Positions 20,300 through 31,009 of a stretch of 64,000 bases of DNA are shown piece by piece. Under the pieces are notes generated by a model. The model saw only the letters and a list, made by a program, of their open reading frames with translations. It did no database searches and had not been told where the DNA came from. The translations under genes were made by a program, and so were the position numbers. Source of the stretch: Alphaproteobacteria bacterium (GTDB lineage: Bacteria; Pseudomonadota; Alphaproteobacteria; CALKHQ01); NCBI GenBank assembly GCA_965227515.1, contig CBDDFZ010000001.1:3936001-4000000 (forward strand). The letters are read 5' to 3'. The stretch's first letter is position 1; the number at the start of each line of letters is the position of its first letter.

Positions 20300-21958
20300 T
20301 CATTCTCCAGAACTCGGCGTCGACGCTTGATTGGCAGTCAAGACACGCGCCGCGGGAAAAGTTGCGACAACCGTTGTGCCTTCGCCGACTGAACTTTCGA
20401 TATTCAGCTTTCCACCATGCAATTCCGTTAATTCGAGGGCCAAAGAAAGCCCAAGGCCGGCCCCCGGCTTCGGAGTATTTCCGGGGCTGCGCAGCCGGCC
20501 AAACCTGGCCAAAGCGAGCTTGACGTCGTCTTCGGCGATCCCGATGCCCTCGTCGGCCACAGCCACCGTCAGATCGCCGCCTTCGGCCAACGCGGACGCG
20601 ACCTTAACATGGCCGCCCTGTGTTGAAAACTTCACGCCGTTCGATACCAGGTTCGACAAGACTTGCTTGAAACGCCGCTCGTCGGCCCAGAGTTCCAGCG
20701 ACGGGTCGACGTCGATCTCGATCGTCACTTCCAAGTCCTCGGCCTTGGCCTCGAAAAACCGCACGACGTTGCGCACCACGTCCCGCACCGAGAATCTCGA
20801 TTCGACCAGGCTAAGGCGCCCGCTCTCTATCTGCGAAATATCAAGTATATCTTCGATCAGCCCCAGCAGGTGCTCGGCACTGCCCAGAATGTCGCCCGCA
20901 TATTCCTTGTAGCGCATGGTCCCGACCGGCCCCAGAAGCTCGGTCGAAAGCACCTCGGCGAATCCGATGATCGCGTTCAGCGGCGTGCGCAGCTCGTGGC
21001 TGGTGTTGGCGAGAAATTCCGACTTGCTACGGTTCGCGAGCTCGGCCGCGAGCTTCGCATCCAGCAGCACGGTCTCGGCCCGTTTCTGCTCGCTGATGTC
21101 GACCGAAACCGTCAGCACCTCGTCGGAGGGGCCATCGCCCTGTAGCAGTGGCAGCTTGGTGGTCTTGAAGCTGACCACCCGGCCGTCGCTGTCCTCCAGC
21201 TCCTCCTCGAACATGCATATGGTCTCGCCGTCCAGTATACGACGGTCGAAGACACCATGGTCGCTACCGCCCCGCGGCAGGCCGATGCTGTCCCAATGCT
21301 GGCCGACGATGGGCGTGCCCAGCGCGAAGAACTCCTCGCACGCACGGTTTGCCATCGTGATGTACCCGGTGGCATCGCGCACGGTGATCAGCGCCGGCAG
21401 CCCATTGATGACCGCGTTCAGCCGGTCCTCCGACTGCCGCAACTCATCGGCGCGCAGCTTGTTGGTGACCTGAAGCCGCTCTTCCAGGCTGACGGCGCGA
21501 CGCCGGATGATCTCCTGCTGATGGCGCAAGGTCAGCAGATTGCTGATTCGCGCCCGGAACTCGCGGTGGTCCAGCGGACTGATCAGGAAGTCGGTGGCGC
21601 CTGCATCCAAGGCGCGGTACCGGAGCTCGCGCTCCTCGTAGACGGTGACCACGACCACCGGCACGTCGAAGCAGTTCGGCATCGCGCGCAATCGGCGAAT
21701 GAAATCGGCGCCGTCCATCGACGGCATCTTGAAATCGGTGATGACCAGATCCGGCGGATTGCGCGAAATCCACTCCAGCGCCGGGCTCGGGCTGTCGAAG
21801 GGCTGGACCTGGACACGCGCGCTCAGGCTAGAGGCAAGCTTGCCCAGGACCGCGCGGTTCGTCGCCCGGTCGTCGACGATGACGATCACCGGCAAGGTGG
21901 CCGTCCGGGTCTGAACCGGCAACCGCGTGACGAGTTGAGGACCTTGTGCCGGAGTCAT
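20300..21958 (-). CDS. REC-PAS-histidine kinase with RpfG-like receiver
   Basis: IVDDRATN...ITDFKMP...AGATDFLISP...RARISNLL receiver; PAS/PAC; TSHELRTPLN; NLVSNGVKFS; GAGLGL. Start uncertain (21958 or 21997). Confidence 0.85.
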   Translation of the reverse strand: MTPAQGPQLVTRLPVQTRTATLPVIVIVDDRATNRAVLGKLASSLSARVQVQPFDSPSPALEWISRNPPDLVITDFKMPSMDGADFIRRLRAMPNCFDVPVVVVTVYEERELRYRALDAGATDFLISPLDHREFRARISNLLTLRHQQEIIRRRAVSLEERLQVTNKLRADELRQSEDRLNAVINGLPALITVRDATGYITMANRACEEFFALGTPIVGQHWDSIGLPRGGSDHGVFDRRILDGETICMFEEELEDSDGRVVSFKTTKLPLLQGDGPSDEVLTVSVDISEQKRAETVLLDAKLAAELANRSKSEFLANTSHELRTPLNAIIGFAEVLSTELLGPVGTMRYKEYAGDILGSAEHLLGLIEDILDISQIESGRLSLVESRFSVRDVVRNVVRFFEAKAEDLEVTIEIDVDPSLELWADERRFKQVLSNLVSNGVKFSTQGGHVKVASALAEGGDLTVAVADEGIGIAEDDVKLALARFGRLRSPGNTPKPGAGLGLSLALELTELHGGKLNIESSVGEGTTVVATFPAARVLTANQASTPSSGE

Positions 21959-22401
21959 AAGCCGTCTAGCGCTAGGCGAAAGCGACACCCCACCCACAAT
22001 GCCCTGGCTAACTGAGCGTCCACCAAGGCTGCAACTCGCCGCTTCGCCTTCTCAAGATAGCAGTTCGCCACCCTCAATCAAACTATTCCGCCCAATCGGC
22101 AGCCCGCGATGGGCCAAAAACGCACCGGGTTCCGCCGTCGAAGCGCCTATCGGCGGGCAACGGGCATCCCCACGTATGCGGCTCGGCGGTCCGGATGTCG
22201 CGCCCGCCAGCGGAGTCGCAGCGCCGTGCCGACAGGCGCGCGACGTCCGGTGGGTGCCGACTTGACAGCCGTGGGCAATCGCCCGCAACATCCCGGTTGC
22301 AGAACACTCCGTTCGCGACAGCGTGCACGGCAACAGTCGGTACGTGGCCTGGTCCGCCGGGTCGGCAGCGCGGCGGTCTGATGGGGGAGCGCCGAGTAGC
22401 G

Positions 22402-22704
22402 ATGTCGCGATTTGCCATCGTCGTGGATTTCCGGATGAAGCCGGAAGACGTCGACACCTTCGTCACCGCCGTCACAGAGAATGCGGCCGCGTCAGCGGGC
22501 ACGGAGCCCGGATGCCGGCGCTTCGACGTGCTGACGTCGCGCGACGGCGAGCCCGTGGTCTGGCTCTATGAGATCTACGACGACCGGGACGCCTTCGAGG
22601 CGCATCTGCGCACGGAGCATTTCGCCAAGTTCAAGGCCGCGACCGACCCGATTGTGCAAGGCGTCACGGTACGCGAACTGACGGTGGACGAAAATGCCGG
22701 CTGA
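22402..22704 (+). CDS. ABM/putative quinol monooxygenase (LsrG-like)
   Basis: EPGCRRFDV...LYEIYDDRDAFEAHLRTEHF; ATG at 22402. Confidence 0.85.
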   Translation: MSRFAIVVDFRMKPEDVDTFVTAVTENAAASAGTEPGCRRFDVLTSRDGEPVVWLYEIYDDRDAFEAHLRTEHFAKFKAATDPIVQGVTVRELTVDENAG

Positions 22705-23497
22705 TCGGACCGCTGCCGACGGGGCTACGCTGCGCGCGATGGCGCGCACCAAGGACCTGAAGGTCGGCCACTTCATCGTCGAGTTCGCCACGCCGGGCAT
22801 CGGCCATATGCTGAAGAACGCCGGCTGCGATTTCGTGCTGTTCGACACCGAGCATTCAGGCTTCCACCACGAGACGATCAAGAGCGCCATACGATATTTC
22901 GAGGCGGCGCGCCTGCCCACCATCGTGCGCGTGCCGTCGAAGGCCTATCACCACATCGCGCGTGCCGCCGATATGGGCGCGGAAGGCATCATGCTGCCGA
23001 TGGTCGGCAGCGCCGAAGAGGCGCGCGCCATTCTGGACTGCATGAAGTATGTGCCGGTCGGCCAGCGTGGCGTGGCCCTGGGTGTTGCCCACGATGCCTA
23101 TCATGTCAGCGACGTGATGGGTTCGCTAGCGGCCGCCAATGATCGCACCGCCCTGTTCGCCCAGATCGAGACCAGGGAGGGGGTGGAGAACGCCGACGCG
23201 ATCGCCGCCGTCGACGGTGTCGACTGCCTGTGGGTCGGCCATTTCGACCTGTCATGCTCGCTGGGCGTGCCCGGGCAGTTCGACAGCAAGGTCTTCAGCG
23301 ACGCCATCGATGTCGTGGCCAAGGCGTGCGCCGCCCACGGCAAGGCGCTGGGCCGACTGGTGCCCGACGTCGCCACCGGCGTCGAATACAACAAGCTGGG
23401 CTTCGATTTCATCTGTTACTCGGGCGACGTGTGGGCCTATCAGGCCGCGGTCAAGCAGGGGGTTGACGGCATTCGCGAGGGCTGTGCCGCCAACTGA
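22694..23497 (+). CDS. HpcH/HpaI class II aldolase
   Basis: FDTEHS, VRVP, GQRG, QIET, VGHFDLS motifs. Confidence 0.88.
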   Translation: MPADRTAADGATLRAMARTKDLKVGHFIVEFATPGIGHMLKNAGCDFVLFDTEHSGFHHETIKSAIRYFEAARLPTIVRVPSKAYHHIARAADMGAEGIMLPMVGSAEEARAILDCMKYVPVGQRGVALGVAHDAYHVSDVMGSLAAANDRTALFAQIETREGVENADAIAAVDGVDCLWVGHFDLSCSLGVPGQFDSKVFSDAIDVVAKACAAHGKALGRLVPDVATGVEYNKLGFDFICYSGDVWAYQAAVKQGVDGIREGCAAN

Positions 23498-23576
23498 CGG
23501 TGGCAATAGCGTCGCGGCAACAACAAAGACATGGCGACGCGTTTCGACACCGGCGCCTGACCAACGAGGAAACGAC

Positions 23577-24626
23577 ATGGCCAAGTTCCGGGTTGCCCTT
23601 TCCAGCGACTTCCGCAGGCCCGACGGCTCACCCGCCTTCGTCGACTGGGATATGGCGCCGCTGGACGACAACCCGGATATCGAGGTCACCTACGTCGACG
23701 CCATCGACAACGTGATGCCGGCCGAGGGCCTGGCCGGTCACGACGCCCTGATCCTGTTGGCCAAGAAATTCACCGCCGCCAGCGTACCCGCCGACGGGCG
23801 GCTGGCGATGGTGGCCCGCTTCGGCGTCGGTTTCGACAATGTCGACATCCCGGCCTGCAACGCGAATGGCATCGCGGCGGTGATCACGCCCGACGGGGTG
23901 CGCCGGCCGGTCGCCGTCTCCATTCTCACCTTCATGCTGGCGTTGAGCCAGAAGATGCACATCAAGGAGCGGCTGACCCGCCAGGGGCCGGAGGGGTGGA
24001 AGCAGATCTCCTCCAACATGGGCGTCGGCCTGATGGGCCGCACCTTCGGCTCGCTCGGCATCGGCAATATCGGCGCCGAGGCCTACCGGCTGATCCAGCC
24101 GTTCGGCATGCGCCACATCGCGCACGACCCGTTTGCCGACCAGAAGGTGGCCGCCGACCTGAACATCGAGCTGGTCTCGATCGAGGACCTGTTCAAGCAG
24201 TCCGACTTCCTGTCGGTCAGTTGTCCGCTGAACGACCAGACGCGCGGCATCGTCAATGCCGAGAAACTGGCGATGATGAAGCCGACCGCCTACGTCATCA
24301 ACACCGCACGCGGGCCGATCATCGACGAGCCCGCACTGGTCGATGCGCTGAAATCGGGCACCATCGCGGGTGCCGGGCTGGATGTCTTCGAGCAGGAGCC
24401 CTGCCCCGCCGACGCACCGATCCTGCAGCTCGACAGTGTCATCGTGACGCCCCACTCGCTGTGCTGGACCGACCAGTGCTTCGCCGGCATCGGCGCGTCG
24501 GACGTGAAATCGGTGCTGGCGATGATGCGCGGGGAGATCCCCGGCGGCATCGTGAACAAGGACATAACAAGCAATTCCGCGTGGCTGGAGAAGCTCGCGG
24601 GATACAAGGCCGCGTTCGGGTCCTGA
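23577..24626 (+). CDS. D-2-hydroxyacid dehydrogenase
   Basis: ARFGVGFDNVD, GSLGIGNIG, NTARGPIIDE, GLDVFEQEP, VTPH; ATG at 23577 after GAGGA. Confidence 0.88.
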   Translation: MAKFRVALSSDFRRPDGSPAFVDWDMAPLDDNPDIEVTYVDAIDNVMPAEGLAGHDALILLAKKFTAASVPADGRLAMVARFGVGFDNVDIPACNANGIAAVITPDGVRRPVAVSILTFMLALSQKMHIKERLTRQGPEGWKQISSNMGVGLMGRTFGSLGIGNIGAEAYRLIQPFGMRHIAHDPFADQKVAADLNIELVSIEDLFKQSDFLSVSCPLNDQTRGIVNAEKLAMMKPTAYVINTARGPIIDEPALVDALKSGTIAGAGLDVFEQEPCPADAPILQLDSVIVTPHSLCWTDQCFAGIGASDVKSVLAMMRGEIPGGIVNKDITSNSAWLEKLAGYKAAFGS

Positions 24627-24693
24627 CCCGGTACTGGCCTTGTCGATAACGTCGCGGCACAACGATCGCGGCGGCAAACGGAGGGAAGCAACG

Positions 24694-26136
24694 ATGGCAA
24701 GAGGACCGACATTCGGGTTGCCCATCGTGGCTGCAGCGGCTGCGTTGGCCGCCTTTTCCGCACCGGCATGGTCGCAGTCCGCGGCCGAACGGGCGGTGGA
24801 GGCGGCGAAGCAGTATGCCGGCACCACGATCACGGTAACCTGGGAAGCCGGCCTGCAAGCCCACGACCCGTTGAATTTCTCGGGTCCGATGTGGGAGGAG
24901 CTGACCGGCATCAAGGTCGAGGTGATCGAGATACCGATCAACGAGCTGTTCACCAAGACGCTGGCCGAACACCGGGCCGGCACCGGTGCATACGACCTGT
25001 TGAACGTCATCCCTGCGTGGATGCCCGATCTGGTCAACGCCGGCGCGCTGGAACCGCTCGACGGTTATGTCGACGAATACGGCTACCGCGACGAACTGGA
25101 CGACATCGCCCCCGTCTATCGGGACAACCAGATGTCGTACAACGGCGAGATCTACGGCTTCCCCGACGACGGCGACGTGCTGCTGCTCTACTACCGCACG
25201 GACCTGTTCAGCGACCCGGACCATCAGGCCGCGTTCGAGGAAGCCTATGGCTATCCGCTGGCGCCGCCGGCCGATTGGGACCAGTTCTACGACATCTCCA
25301 AGTACTTCACCGATGCGATGGCACCGGACCTCTATGGCTCGGCCCTGATCTTGTCTCCGGGCCTGGTCCACTTCCTGTTCGAAGAGCGCTTCCGGGTCGC
25401 CGGCGGCCGTTTCTTCGACGAGGAGACGATGGAGGCCACCATCAATTCCGACATCGGCGTCGCGGTGCTGGAGGACATGGTCCGCCAACTCGACAACATG
25501 CCGCCGGGTGCTGCGAGCTGGGGCCCGATCGAGGTGCTGAACGCGTGGCTGGCCGGTGAGCTTGCCATGCAGATCTGGTGGCCGCCGCCCGGGCGCTGGT
25601 CGGCAGGCTATGGCACCGAGATCGAGGCACTGTCATGGCTGCCGGAATCGACCGTCGCGGGCAAGGTGGGTTACGCACCGACGCCGGGCGGCCATCCGCA
25701 GCTTGCCGCGGGCTTCCTGCTTTCCGTCTCGTCCAACAGCGAGAACAAGGAAGCGGCCTATCTGTTCGCCCAGTGGATGAACAGCAAGGAAATCAGCCTG
25801 CAGCGGGTGCAGTTGCCCTACGCCCTGCGCGATCCGTTCCGCACCTCTCACTTCGAGAGCGAGGAATATCGCAGCCTCTGGGGCGAGGCCGGCAACTACC
25901 TCGACACGCTGACCGCAAACGCCAACACCGGCATGCTGGATCTTTCGATCATCGACACCTTCTCGTACGAGGAGTCGCTGACCCGGGCGATCACGGAAGT
26001 GCTGGCTGGCGGCGATGCGCGCGATGCGTTGGATGCCGCGGCCGAGGAATGGGACGAGATCACCGACGACATCGGGGTCGACGACCAGCGCGAGGCCTAC
26101 ATCGAATGGGCGTCCAAGCCGAGCGCGTATCCTTGA
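24694..26136 (+). CDS. Carbohydrate ABC transporter substrate-binding protein
   Basis: Signal peptide; WEELTGIKVEV, YGFPDDGDVLLLYYRTDL; upstream of two permeases. Confidence 0.88.
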   Translation: MARGPTFGLPIVAAAAALAAFSAPAWSQSAAERAVEAAKQYAGTTITVTWEAGLQAHDPLNFSGPMWEELTGIKVEVIEIPINELFTKTLAEHRAGTGAYDLLNVIPAWMPDLVNAGALEPLDGYVDEYGYRDELDDIAPVYRDNQMSYNGEIYGFPDDGDVLLLYYRTDLFSDPDHQAAFEEAYGYPLAPPADWDQFYDISKYFTDAMAPDLYGSALILSPGLVHFLFEERFRVAGGRFFDEETMEATINSDIGVAVLEDMVRQLDNMPPGAASWGPIEVLNAWLAGELAMQIWWPPPGRWSAGYGTEIEALSWLPESTVAGKVGYAPTPGGHPQLAAGFLLSVSSNSENKEAAYLFAQWMNSKEISLQRVQLPYALRDPFRTSHFESEEYRSLWGEAGNYLDTLTANANTGMLDLSIIDTFSYEESLTRAITEVLAGGDARDALDAAAEEWDEITDDIGVDDQREAYIEWASKPSAYP

Positions 26137-26236
26137 CCTGAGTAACCTGGCCTGAGCGATTGGGCCTGAACGGACGGGACCGTATGGCACGTTGCCATGC
26201 GGTCCCCACCGCCGGATCGAGCTAGACGACTGAACC

Positions 26237-27175
26237 ATGGCGTTGGCGGAAGCATCCCGCGGAGGCGGGTCTGAGCGACGGACCCCGTCCAGTCGCCTGA
26301 GCCTGTTCGCAGACCGCCACTTCAGATGGCTGATCATCTGGCCGTCGATCCTGATCATCCTGCTGATCGGCCTGTTCCCGATCATCTACTCCCTGGTTGT
26401 CAGCTTCATGCGCTTCACCCGGCGCGGCGAGGACACCTCGTGGCAGGGGTTCGACAACTACGGGCGCCTGCTCGGCGACGACCGGTTCTGGGAATCGCTG
26501 CTGCACACCGGCATCTTCACCGCGGTCGCACTGCCGCTGGAGCTGCTGCTGGGTTTGGCGCTGGCCCGCCTGTTCCTGGAAAAGATGCCGGGCCGCCAGG
26601 CGCTGATTTCCATCCTGATCCTGCCGACCGCCATCGCGCCCTTCGTCGCCGGCGCCATGTGGCGGCTGATGTGGGACAACATCTTCGGCCCGATCAACCA
26701 GATCCTGTCGTGGTTCTACGGCGAGTCCGTCGACATCCTGTGGCTCGTCAACGACAACCCCTTCATCGTCTATTCGGCGATCCTGGTCTGCGAAATCTGG
26801 CAGTGGACGCCGTTCATGTTCCTGGTGCTGCTGGCGGCCATGTCGAACGTCGACAAGTCGCAGCTGGAGGCGGCCGAGCTTGACGGCGCGTCGGCGCTGA
26901 AGGTGTTCCGCCGCATCATCCTGCCCGCGATCAAGCCGGTGATCATCGTGGCGCTGACCATCCGCGGCCTGGAACTGGTGCGCCTGTTCGACATCGTCTG
27001 GGCGCTGACCCACGGCGGGCCGGGCAACATGACCGAGACGCTGAGCGTCTACGCCTACGTCAAGGGCTTCGAGCGTTTCGACACATCCGTCACCGCCGCG
27101 ATGACGTTCCTGGTCATCATTGCGCTGTCGCTGCTGGTGATGATGCTGCTGAAACGCGTGGCGATTGCGCGATGA
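26237..27175 (+). CDS. Carbohydrate ABC transporter permease
   Basis: WQWTPF, EAAELDGA (EAA loop), LTHGGPG. Confidence 0.92.
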   Translation: MALAEASRGGGSERRTPSSRLSLFADRHFRWLIIWPSILIILLIGLFPIIYSLVVSFMRFTRRGEDTSWQGFDNYGRLLGDDRFWESLLHTGIFTAVALPLELLLGLALARLFLEKMPGRQALISILILPTAIAPFVAGAMWRLMWDNIFGPINQILSWFYGESVDILWLVNDNPFIVYSAILVCEIWQWTPFMFLVLLAAMSNVDKSQLEAAELDGASALKVFRRIILPAIKPVIIVALTIRGLELVRLFDIVWALTHGGPGNMTETLSVYAYVKGFERFDTSVTAAMTFLVIIALSLLVMMLLKRVAIAR

Positions 27176-28023
27176 GACGCGGCAGCCGCAAGCCCTGGTA
27201 CCAGCGCCGCGACGGGCGGCTGACCGCGATGCGCCTGGTCGGCGCCATCGTTATCGCGATCGTCTTCCTGTTCCCGATCTACTGGCTGTTCATCATGGCG
27301 TTCAAGACGCCGGAGGAGGTGTTCTCCAGCACGCCGGTCTGGCTTCCGGAAACGCCGAATTTCGACACGTTCCTGGCGCTGTGGGGCGATGGCGATTTCG
27401 TGTCGGTGTGGAACAGCTTCGTCATCGCCGGCATCAGCACGGTGGTGGCGATGTTCCTGGGCACCATCGCCGCCTACAGCATCGCGCGCTACAACACCGG
27501 CGGCGACAATCTGGCAATCTGGATCATCTCCCAGCGCATGATCCCGCCGATCGCGGTCGCGTTCCCGATCTTCCTGCTCTATGCCATCGTCGACCTGAAC
27601 GACACCTATTTCGGCCTGATCGCGCTCTACACCGCCTTCAACATCCCCTACGTCATCTGGATGATGCGCGGCTACATCGAGGATGTGCCGCTTGAACTGG
27701 AGGAAAGCGCCCTCGTCGACGGGCTGAGCCACTGGCAGACGCTGCTTCGGGTCACCTTCCCGATGGTCCGGACCGGCCTGTTCGCGACCGCCGTGTTCAC
27801 ATTCATCTTTGCCTGGAACGAGTTCCTGTTCGCGCTGATCCTGACCAAGACCGACGTCATCACGTTCCCGGTCCAGATCACGCACTATTTCGGCCAGCAG
27901 CAGACGTTCTGGGCGAAGATCGGCGCGATGTCGCTGGTCGGCGCGCTGCCGGTGTTCTTCACTGTCGCCATGGCCCAGAAATTCCTGGTCCGCGGCATCT
28001 CCATGGGCGCCGTGAAGGGGTGA
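27172..28023 (+). CDS. Carbohydrate ABC transporter permease
   Basis: LEESALVDG EAA loop, AWNEFLFA, GAVKG terminus; ATGA-coupled. Confidence 0.92.
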   Translation: MRRGSRKPWYQRRDGRLTAMRLVGAIVIAIVFLFPIYWLFIMAFKTPEEVFSSTPVWLPETPNFDTFLALWGDGDFVSVWNSFVIAGISTVVAMFLGTIAAYSIARYNTGGDNLAIWIISQRMIPPIAVAFPIFLLYAIVDLNDTYFGLIALYTAFNIPYVIWMMRGYIEDVPLELEESALVDGLSHWQTLLRVTFPMVRTGLFATAVFTFIFAWNEFLFALILTKTDVITFPVQITHYFGQQQTFWAKIGAMSLVGALPVFFTVAMAQKFLVRGISMGAVKG

Positions 28024-28030
28024 GCCGCCA

Positions 28031-29137
<1,107 letters not shown>

Positions 29138-29146
29138 GCCAACTCT

Positions 29147-29483
29147 ATTGTCGTCTTCAGGCTTGTGCCGGTGGCACTCACGCATCTCGCGGGAGAACGG
29201 CTCGATCCCCAGAAATAACTATCATTGTCGTCCTCGCCCTTGTGGCGAGGCACTCACTTCCCCTCTCCCAGCGGTACGCGCGGGAGAGCGGCTTGATCCT
29301 CAGAAAATACTTTCATTGTCGTCCTCGCCCTTGTGGCGAGGACCCATCCCTGTCCAGAAACTCAATAAGTTGAGGTACACCGGTCACTGAAATGGCGGGC
29401 GCGACGGACCACGCTGCCAGCCTCCTACAGAACTGATCCAGACTGCCCCACAAATGGGCCCTCGCCACAAGGGCGAGGGCGAC
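29147..29483. repeat. Cluster of family A REP units (three direct, one inverted)
   Basis: Units at about 29150 (degenerate), 29227 and 29318, plus inverted 29454-29483; the linkers are also duplicated. Confidence 0.85.
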
Positions 29484-29528
29484 GGATAGTTGTTGGTGGA
29501 GGGGCTGACTTGGCTCAGCCGCCCTCCC

Positions 29529-30113
29529 CTAGCCGATCGTACCCGCCCAAGGGCCGCCGAAGGGAATGCCGCACACACCAAGCGCGCCGTCGAACACCAG
29601 CCCGTCCTCGGTTTCGGTGACCGCCACATCGAACGTGCCCCAGGTGTCCAGCGCGGCGTCGAAGGTGAAGCCGGCGTCCAGCAGCGCGGCCGGGGCAGCC
29701 AGCGTGTCGGGGCAATCCACGTCGCCCGTTTCGATCCAATAGCCGGAGAAGCGCCCGGTCTCGCGGTCATAGGTGCCCCAGCTCAAGCCAAGGCCATCCT
29801 CGCGGACCGCGATCAGCATGGTCTCGCCCACCAGGTAGCCGGCAAAGCTGCCGGTGTTGGTGTCGACTTGCACCTCGGGCAGGCCCAGCCCCGCCGGCAG
29901 CGCCCATTCGTCGACCATGGGTGCACGGCGGGCATCGGTCTGCAATACGCCGCCGTCCGGATCGCCGTTCTGGAAGTAAGAGGCGGTCATGCCGCCGTCT
30001 TGCATCCGGTCCGCGTCGGCGGCGAAGGCGCCGGTGCCGCCCGCGATACCGATCGTCAGTGCGGCGGCGGCGATTTTAGCGATGGTGCTGGTCAGTCCGT
30101 TGTTGCGTCGCAT
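29529..30113 (-). CDS. Secreted protein of unknown function (paralog 1)
   Basis: ATG at 30113 after GGAGGG; signal peptide ...GAFA; C-terminal domain aligns with 30335-30925. Confidence 0.8.
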   Translation of the reverse strand: MRRNNGLTSTIAKIAAAALTIGIAGGTGAFAADADRMQDGGMTASYFQNGDPDGGVLQTDARRAPMVDEWALPAGLGLPEVQVDTNTGSFAGYLVGETMLIAVREDGLGLSWGTYDRETGRFSGYWIETGDVDCPDTLAAPAALLDAGFTFDAALDTWGTFDVAVTETEDGLVFDGALGVCGIPFGGPWAGTIG

Positions 30114-30172
30114 GGGTGGTCCCTCCGATCCGGTCCCGGCGTTGCCGGGGTGTCTGTGTGTCCCTGGCAACC

Positions 30173-30218
30173 AATATCGGGGGTAACCGCCGGTCGCGGT
30201 ATGGGGTCGATTCCCCAT
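30173..30218 (-). promoter_or_regulatory. Conserved promoter module (palindrome + putative -10)
   Basis: ATGGGGTCGATTCCCCAT at 30201-30218 and AATATCGGGG at 30173; same module and spacing at 31010-31055. Confidence 0.65.
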
Positions 30219-30334
30219 TCGCGTGTCGGCCAGGCCGGACAAGAAGGCGCGGACGATGGGAGGGACAGCCCATCGCCCGCACGCCGACGCCACACCGATG
30301 GAGGGAGCTGCGGCATCGGCAATCCACTCAGGCG

Positions 30335-30925
30335 CTACGGCACCATCGTACCGTTCCAGGCGCCGCCGATGGGGGCACCGCACGCCCCCCAGGCGCCGTT
30401 GAACTGCACCGCCATGCCGTTCGCGGTGTAGCTGACGTCGAAAGTGCCCCAGGTGTAGAGCGGTGCCTGAAACTGGAAGCCCAGGCCGGTCAGCTCACTC
30501 GGCGCGGGCAGCGGCAGCGGGCACGCAATGCCCTGGGGTACGATCCAGTAGCCGGTCCAGCGGCCGGTAGCGTCGTTGAAGGTGCCCCAAGTGATGCCCT
30601 GGCCGTCGTTGCGGATGGCGACCATCATGTTGCCGACCACGTAGCTGGTGAAATCGCCGGTGGTCGAACTCAGCCGCAGCCGCGGGTAGCTGAGATTGCC
30701 GGGCCACATCCACGTGCCGTTGCCCTGCATGTAGCCGGGATTGGGCTGCCCGTAGCCGGGGCCGCCGACCACCGGCATGGGCTGCGCGCCGTAGCCTGGT
30801 GCTGGCTGTCCGTAGCCCGGAGCCCCATTCGGCGCCGCAGAGGCGTTGCCGCCGGCCAAGGTGCCGATCGCAAGCACCGCGGCGGCAATATGTGTCAGTG
30901 CCCGGCGGGCAGAGAAGCGTCGCAT
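30335..30925 (-). CDS. Secreted protein of unknown function (paralog 2)
   Basis: ATG at 30925 after GGAGGA; signal peptide ...NASA; PGYG repeats; shared C-terminal domain. Confidence 0.8.
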   Translation of the reverse strand: MRRFSARRALTHIAAAVLAIGTLAGGNASAAPNGAPGYGQPAPGYGAQPMPVVGGPGYGQPNPGYMQGNGTWMWPGNLSYPRLRLSSTTGDFTSYVVGNMMVAIRNDGQGITWGTFNDATGRWTGYWIVPQGIACPLPLPAPSELTGLGFQFQAPLYTWGTFDVSYTANGMAVQFNGAWGACGAPIGGAWNGTMVP

Positions 30926-31009
30926 GATGTGTTCCTCCGTTGCCCGCGCCATGCGGGCGGTGATGGGGTGCGCATCCGGGCCGATTGCCCGCAGCGCGTC
31001 GTTGGGGTG

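Noticed and set aside
29147-29483. Repeat cluster as a CRISPR array
   Set aside because: Few units, the linkers are themselves repeated, one unit is inverted, the same unit is dispersed elsewhere, and there are no cas genes.
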